DNA from: Nitrososphaeria archaeon
GTDB taxonomy: Archaea; Thermoproteota; Nitrososphaeria; JACIWG01
DNA: 64,000 bases
Direction of reading: 5' to 3'
NCBI GenBank assembly: GCA_050011875.1
Contig: JBEKIG010000011.1
Location: forward strand, 32,001 to 96,000
The position numbers and the translations under genes are program-made. Positions 59,825 through 64,000 of this stretch are shown in pieces (position 1 is the stretch's first letter; each line of letters opens with the position of its first letter). The notes beneath the pieces are model-generated. The model had not been told where the DNA came from. It saw only the letters and a program-made list of their open reading frames with translations, and did no database searches.

Positions 59825-60161
59825 CTGCTGTGGTAGAGTAGTGCAGTTGAGCTTTAAGTTGGGAAAGTTCCTCTTTAATCTCTTTGATGACCTGCTCCTT
59901 CTCCTCCACCCTCTTTGCGAGAGCTTCGATGAGTTTTCTGTTATGCAGATTCGATGTCAAATTGAGCCGATCGATCACAACAGGAATATTAGAGTTAGCC
60001 ATTGCCGCTTGCTCGCTCTCCCATGCCAGTTTGAGTAGGAGGTCGAATGCCTGCCTGTGGCCTTGATCGACTAAACTGCCTCGATACTGTGATTTGAGCT
60101 CATTAACCGTTTCTTCATAAAGAGTGCGCGCGGAAGGCGTTATTCTACCCATGTTCGTCAT
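59799..60161 (-). CDS. Small PolB2-associated helical protein (MGRxxPS family, arCOG07300-like); probable start ATG 60152
   Basis: MGRITPSAR...YRGSL....RQAFDLL..AW plus a coiled-coil tail; overlaps the polB2 start. Confidence 0.75.
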   Translation of the reverse strand: MTNMGRITPSARTLYEETVNELKSQYRGSLVDQGHRQAFDLLLKLAWESEQAAMANSNIPVVIDRLNLTSNLHNRKLIEALAKRVEEKEQVIKEIKEELSQLKAQLHYSTTADGSAPNGT

Positions 60162-61296
60162 CCCTCGTGGTTACATTGATCCTGTTCCTTATTGATTCAA
60201 TGTCTTGAGCGAGCCTTTTAGTTTCATCGTCTATGGTGAGGAAGCGGTTTTGGACGGACTCAATAAGTGCACGAGTGTCCACCGATGCTGTAAGGTTCAA
60301 CCCATCCAAAAGTGTAAATTCCTTTAGGTTGCTTAATGCCTTCTGTTCCATATTCCAAGCTCCCTTAAGCAGAACATCAAACGCAGACCTGTGCCCAAGA
60401 TCTAGGAAATCGTTCTGGAAGAACCTTTTGAGGCGGTCCATCTGCTCACCGTAAAGTTGCTGGAAGGATGAAACGTTCCTTCCTGTCATTAGGTCTAAAG
60501 AACCGGCTTGACTTACATATAGCACTATGGACTCTGGAGTCCTCTTATATGGATGCTTCACAAGCGTTACCTTATAGGATGATATTGGCCCATCGCAGAA
60601 CTTTCTAAAATGAACTAAGATTGAAGCTGCTTGCCTCATGTAGATCCCACCTAACGGCTTGGGAGCCAATACTTTACCTGTATCTATGGCATCAACGGTC
60701 ATAACGAAGGCTACATGGTTTTCAGATGCCGTCCTCCAAAGGTTGCCTACAACCTTCTTCAGAACCTCCTTGGACTCCTTAGGCTTCTTCGAGTTTACAA
60801 GGAAACGTGTGATGTTATGGACTGCGAGAAGCTTAATTTCCTTTTTTTCTCTTATCAAATCTGCAACCTCTTTTGACACAAACCATTGTCTTTCTTCATT
60901 AAATGCTGCCGCTACCTCTACATTTTTGAAGACAAGGGAAGGATCTATACCCACATGCTTCGCTAGCATGCCGAGCCTTGATGGATCAATTAGAGTCTTG
61001 CCGACGTAGTAGTCGGTGTTGTTAAAGTAGACTGCTTTCGCATCAAGGCCACCTTTTTCGGCTGGCATAACACAGTTTACAAGAAGACGATGTATGAGGA
61101 GATCAAGTATCTCTGGCTCACCGTAGAACAGGTAGAAGGACCCTCCTTCAATTCCACCTATCAGGCTATCTAGGTCACCGGAGCCTGTCGTCAGCTTCAG
61201 CCTTTTCCTCTGCTCATCAAAGTCCTCCAGAGTGGTCTGAATAATTGGCATAGGTCTGTCGCCCATCCTGTGGTCGCCTCCAAGGAGAAGGTTCAC
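60145..61296 (-). CDS. Inactivated RadA/RecA-like protein fused to a C-terminal copy of the PolB2-associated small protein
   Basis: LTTGSGDLDSLIGGIE, Walker A degenerate (YGEPEILD), Walker B LLAVHN, KPLGG..M.Q.A, LVKHP; C-terminus MTGRNVSSFQ..LDLGHRSAFDVLLKGAW. Confidence 0.8.
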   Translation of the reverse strand: MNLLLGGDHRMGDRPMPIIQTTLEDFDEQRKRLKLTTGSGDLDSLIGGIEGGSFYLFYGEPEILDLLIHRLLVNCVMPAEKGGLDAKAVYFNNTDYYVGKTLIDPSRLGMLAKHVGIDPSLVFKNVEVAAAFNEERQWFVSKEVADLIREKKEIKLLAVHNITRFLVNSKKPKESKEVLKKVVGNLWRTASENHVAFVMTVDAIDTGKVLAPKPLGGIYMRQAASILVHFRKFCDGPISSYKVTLVKHPYKRTPESIVLYVSQAGSLDLMTGRNVSSFQQLYGEQMDRLKRFFQNDFLDLGHRSAFDVLLKGAWNMEQKALSNLKEFTLLDGLNLTASVDTRALIESVQNRFLTIDDETKRLAQDIESIRNRINVTTRDDEHG

Positions 61297-61322
61297 TTCG
61301 ACCTCTCCCCCCCTTAAGGTAT

Positions 61323-62315
61323 CTAACCTTCTCTGCCCTTCTTTGGCTCCGGATCCTCCACTCCCTTCTCCGATATTACAAAGCGATTTTCTGAATAGGG
61401 ATGATAAGGACTGTCGATAATTGTTGCAATCCTCTCTTGCCCAGCCTTCTTCAAGTAGACCCTGTACGTGCAGGCATGCCCTAAAATGTGTCCTCCAGCA
61501 GGCTTTGTAGGGTCCCCGAAGAACGTGTCCGGCTGTGCTTGAACCTGATTAGTAACTGCTACCGCCACGTTATAGATTTCAGCCATCCTGAGAAGGCGGT
61601 GCACGAGACCGTTCAGCTTCTGCTGTCTCTCAGCCAGCGTCCCTCTTCCCACGAACTCAGCTCTGTGCAAGGATATTATACTATCAACAATGACGAGCTT
61701 GACGTTGTACTGTTCGATGTATTTTCCGAGCCTTTTGACCGCCAGCTCGAGGTGGCTGCTGTTGTAGACCTTGCAGATTATAACGTTCTTGAGAATTTGG
61801 ATTGGGTCTAACCCTCTTGCTTCAGCTATCTGGTAAACCCTCTCTGGGCGGAAGGTGCTTTCAGTATCTATGAAGATCACATTTCCCCCGAATCCACCCT
61901 TCTCTATTGGAAGTTGTGCTGTCACGCAGAGGGTGTGGCAGAGCTGGCTCTTGCCGGAGCCAAATTCACCCCAAAACTCTGTGATAGCCTGAGTCTCAAC
62001 ACCCCCTATGAGCAGGCTGTCAAGGTTCTTCGAACCTGTCGTACACCTAATCATGGACTTTCTCTTCTCATAATTTTCTATTGCTGGAACGAACTCCTTA
62101 TCGATTAAGCCGCTTTCCATCAACGCCTTTTGAGCGACGAATATCATGGCACTCGCATTCTCCTTCGCACCACCGATCTTATCAGCCACTTCATCTGGTA
62201 GGGCGACTGCGAGATCGAGAACAGATTCTATCCCAGCGTCCTTAAGCTTCTTTTCAGTTGACGGCCCAATACCCTCCAAGTCGCGGAGCTCCATATCAAA
62301 TACGGTTACAGACAT
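61323..62315 (-). CDS. radA: DNA repair and recombination protein RadA
   Basis: N-terminal HhH (LEGIGP), FxxA (FVPA), GEFGSGKS, IDTESTFRPER, IVDS, RAEFVGRGTLAERQQ, TNQV, GGHILGH. Confidence 0.95.
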   Translation of the reverse strand: MSVTVFDMELRDLEGIGPSTEKKLKDAGIESVLDLAVALPDEVADKIGGAKENASAMIFVAQKALMESGLIDKEFVPAIENYEKRKSMIRCTTGSKNLDSLLIGGVETQAITEFWGEFGSGKSQLCHTLCVTAQLPIEKGGFGGNVIFIDTESTFRPERVYQIAEARGLDPIQILKNVIICKVYNSSHLELAVKRLGKYIEQYNVKLVIVDSIISLHRAEFVGRGTLAERQQKLNGLVHRLLRMAEIYNVAVAVTNQVQAQPDTFFGDPTKPAGGHILGHACTYRVYLKKAGQERIATIIDSPYHPYSENRFVISEKGVEDPEPKKGREG

Positions 62316-62410
62316 CTTTCTAACCCCTACAAAAAATATTCCATGGGACGATATTTATTGGATGAAGGACCTTAGGGGAGAGGGGAGGGTGGGTTTAATA
62401 CAGCTTTTCT
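62313..62410 (-). promoter_or_regulatory. Conserved promoter/leader, copy A (upstream of radA)
   Basis: The 36-nt core 62346-62381 is 35/36 identical to 63461-63496. Similarity extends to the RBS/ATG and to an upstream TTAA box. Contains the palindrome AAGGACCTT. Confidence 0.85.
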
Positions 62411-62482
62411 GGAATGTCATATAATACACGAATAATCCCTCTCTGTAGATATTCTATTATCAGCTAAAGTATATTTTTCGGA

Positions 62483-62665
62483 TTATTCCTTGAACCACTG
62501 AAAATATAGGAAGAAGCCAACGAATATAATAAGTGTCAAAAGAAAGTATCTTTGGGCTTCAGTAATGTCCTGCATTTCATATAAAATTGTGTAGAACCAA
62601 TAAGCTAACGCAACTACTATAGTAACTCCTACACCCCTTTTTGCCCAATTATCTTTTTCAGTCAA
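62483..62665 (-). CDS. Small two-TM hypothetical protein
   Basis: GGAGG RBS before TTG; two hydrophobic segments. Confidence 0.55.
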   Translation of the reverse strand: MTEKDNWAKRGVGVTIVVALAYWFYTILYEMQDITEAQRYFLLTLIIFVGFFLYFQWFKE

Positions 62666-62684
62666 AATCCTGAACCTCCATCAT

Positions 62685-62870
62685 TTAGAACCTACCTTCC
62701 CCCAATACAAAAGAGATAATGGGAATAGCAAGAATGAAAACAAATAGAATTGTGAAAATATCTGGGAGATTAGGAAGTAGAGGAAAAATCAGTAAAAATG
62801 CAAACAGAATCGCAAGTAGACTTAGCATTTTCCTTTTATTTACCCGATTTTTGGAAATTGTTTGACTCAT
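62685..62870 (-). CDS. Small two-TM hypothetical protein
   Basis: Basic N-terminus then two hydrophobic segments; TATA-like sequence upstream. Confidence 0.5.
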   Translation of the reverse strand: MSQTISKNRVNKRKMLSLLAILFAFLLIFPLLPNLPDIFTILFVFILAIPIISFVLGEGRF

Positions 62871-62941
62871 TCAAGTCGCAATATAATATTATATACATGC
62901 AACGTTGGAAAAACTTTTGTAGCATAGTACATGCAACATCG

Positions 62942-63373
62942 CTACTCCCTAACCACAAAAAGCGTTCTTCTAGTCATGGAGTATAGCAATGGACAGACTT
63001 TGCTATTCAATCTATAAAATCGTCCATCCTTTTCGACGAAACCGAATTCGAGCAGCCTCTTCAAAATCCTATAGGCTGTTGTCCTATCACACCTTAATGT
63101 TTCTACTACATCTTTTACCGTAAGATCCTTCGTCATAACCATCGTCCCAACTACGAGGATGGATTTCCACACCCTCTTTCTTCCATAAGAGGCAGCTTTT
63201 ATCAGTATTTGAATTTCATCCGTGAACTTTTTCATCTCGTATGATGGTGGGAGACGTGAATTGAGCTCCTCCCTCATAACTTTAGAAATGACTTTAGAAA
63301 TCCTGCTACTTACCCTATCGGATAAACTGTCTGCTAAACGGTCTACATCTATTTCCCCATTCACTTTCACCAT
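62942..63373 (-). CDS. Helix-turn-helix transcriptional regulator (C-terminal wHTH, N-terminal helical region)
   Basis: LTVKDVVETLRCDRTTAYRILKRLLEFGFVEKDGRFYRL. Confidence 0.8.
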   Translation of the reverse strand: MVKVNGEIDVDRLADSLSDRVSSRISKVISKVMREELNSRLPPSYEMKKFTDEIQILIKAASYGRKRVWKSILVVGTMVMTKDLTVKDVVETLRCDRTTAYRILKRLLEFGFVEKDGRFYRLNSKVCPLLYSMTRRTLFVVRE

Positions 63374-63428
63374 TTTCTAATTTCTAGAGGATGGGAGTGA
63401 TACCTGTATCATCATTCATGCTTATTGC

Positions 63429-63520
63429 CATCTTTCTGACCTCCACAAAAACATCCTAGAGGACGATATTAATTGGATGAAGGACCTTAGGGGAGAAGGT
63501 GGGGTTAACACCGTCTTTCT
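63429..63520 (-). promoter_or_regulatory. Conserved promoter/leader, copy B (upstream of the HTH regulator)
   Basis: Aligns with 62313-62410, including GGAGG..AGAAAG-ATG at 63431. Confidence 0.85.
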
Positions 63521-63803
63521 AAATATACTCCGACTCCTTGAAGAAACCGTATAGAACCCGGACTACGGGGTTGTCTAGGTTGATCTGGTACCTGAGGTGT
63601 ATGGCCCTAAGCTCCTTTACCCAGTTGATGTTGGTAAGGTGCCTGAGGTTCTCGTTCAGATCGCTTCGCTTTAGCCCTGTACCCTTTATGAGGGAATATT
63701 TGGTGAGGGATTCGTTAGGTTTCTTGGCCAACTCTGCCATAACCTTTATCCTGCCTATTGTTCCAAGGCCCTCCTCAATTTCTCTTTTACGATTGACGTA
63801 CAT
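63519..63803 (-). CDS. Small winged-helix (ArsR-like) protein
   Basis: GRIKVMAELAK...LTKYSL..GTGL.RSDL...L..L..INWV....YQINLDNP. Confidence 0.75.
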   Translation of the reverse strand: MYVNRKREIEEGLGTIGRIKVMAELAKKPNESLTKYSLIKGTGLKRSDLNENLRHLTNINWVKELRAIHLRYQINLDNPVVRVLYGFFKESEYI

Positions 63804-64000
63804 TCAGCCCAGTCTCCAACCGGTTGAACAAACTATCCAAGAAGAGTCCAAGGTTTTCTGTTGGCACACCGCTTATGCCTATCTCTTTGAGAGAACGTAT
63901 TTCGATTATCCGCCTGTCGTGTAGGTCCTGAAGGTAGTCGTCAAGGTCCTCAGTTGGCTTAAGGTGCATGTCTTCACATATCATCCCACAATTGAGACGT
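63787..64000 (-). CDS. C-terminal winged-helix end of an Orc1/Cdc6 family protein (gene continues beyond the window)
   Basis: The frame is open to the window edge: RLNCGMICEDMHLKPTEDLDDYLQDLHDRRIIEIRSLKEIGISGVPTENLGLFLDSLFNRL, resembling the Cdc6 C-terminal pattern ..CE...KP....Y(L/V)..L...GII.....I.L...P...L. Confidence 0.55.
   Translation of the reverse strand, partial: RLNCGMICEDMHLKPTEDLDDYLQDLHDRRIIEIRSLKEIGISGVPTENLGLFLDSLFNRLETGLNVRQS

Noticed and set aside
62346-63496. Duplicated 36-nt core as CRISPR repeats or canonical ORB elements
   Set aside because: Only two copies 1.1 kb apart, each at a gene start. No spacer periodicity, no cas genes and no TCCA-x-TGGAAA ORB core.
179-63924. 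Many 60-135 aa ORFs in the track that are antisense to or nested in recognised genes (e.g. 597..821, 5786..6193, 8917..9282, 47291..47647, 63538..63924)
   Set aside because: Shadow ORFs of well-supported genes, with no motifs or RBS.

Overview
Archaeal chromosomal window of roughly 40% GC (estimated by eye). TTG/GTG starts, GGTGA-type RBSs, DUF5752 domains, many zinc-ribbon membrane proteins, tungsten-type AOR, WtpABC and RadA suggest Bathyarchaeia or a related TACK lineage (inference). Bases 1-46 kb hold mostly single metabolic and redox genes (MDH-like, GH57, pdxST, NfeD/stomatin, prs, MgtA, MMSDH, class II aldolase, AOR, peroxiredoxins), plus about a dozen frameshifted or fragmentary genes across the window. 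A tRNA-Lys(UUU) with a duplicated 3' end brackets a 1.1-kb islet. The last 16 kb contain two notable systems. (i) A rearranged Mo/W uptake locus: wtpABC is accompanied by two membrane-anchored proteins built from repeated sulfite-oxidase-type molybdopterin-binding-like domains lacking the Mo-ligating Cys, behind a ModE-box-like palindrome. (ii) A putative SOS-like mutagenesis cassette: Orc1/Cdc6-like gene (partial), two wHTH genes, intact RadA, an ATPase-dead RadA paralog fused to a copy of the small PolB2 partner, the standalone partner, and an exonuclease-dead PolB2 with two frameshifts. A ~95-bp duplicated promoter/leader is shared by radA and the adjacent HTH regulator. No rRNA, CRISPR array, transposase or integrase was seen. 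All family calls come from motif recognition by eye, not database searches.
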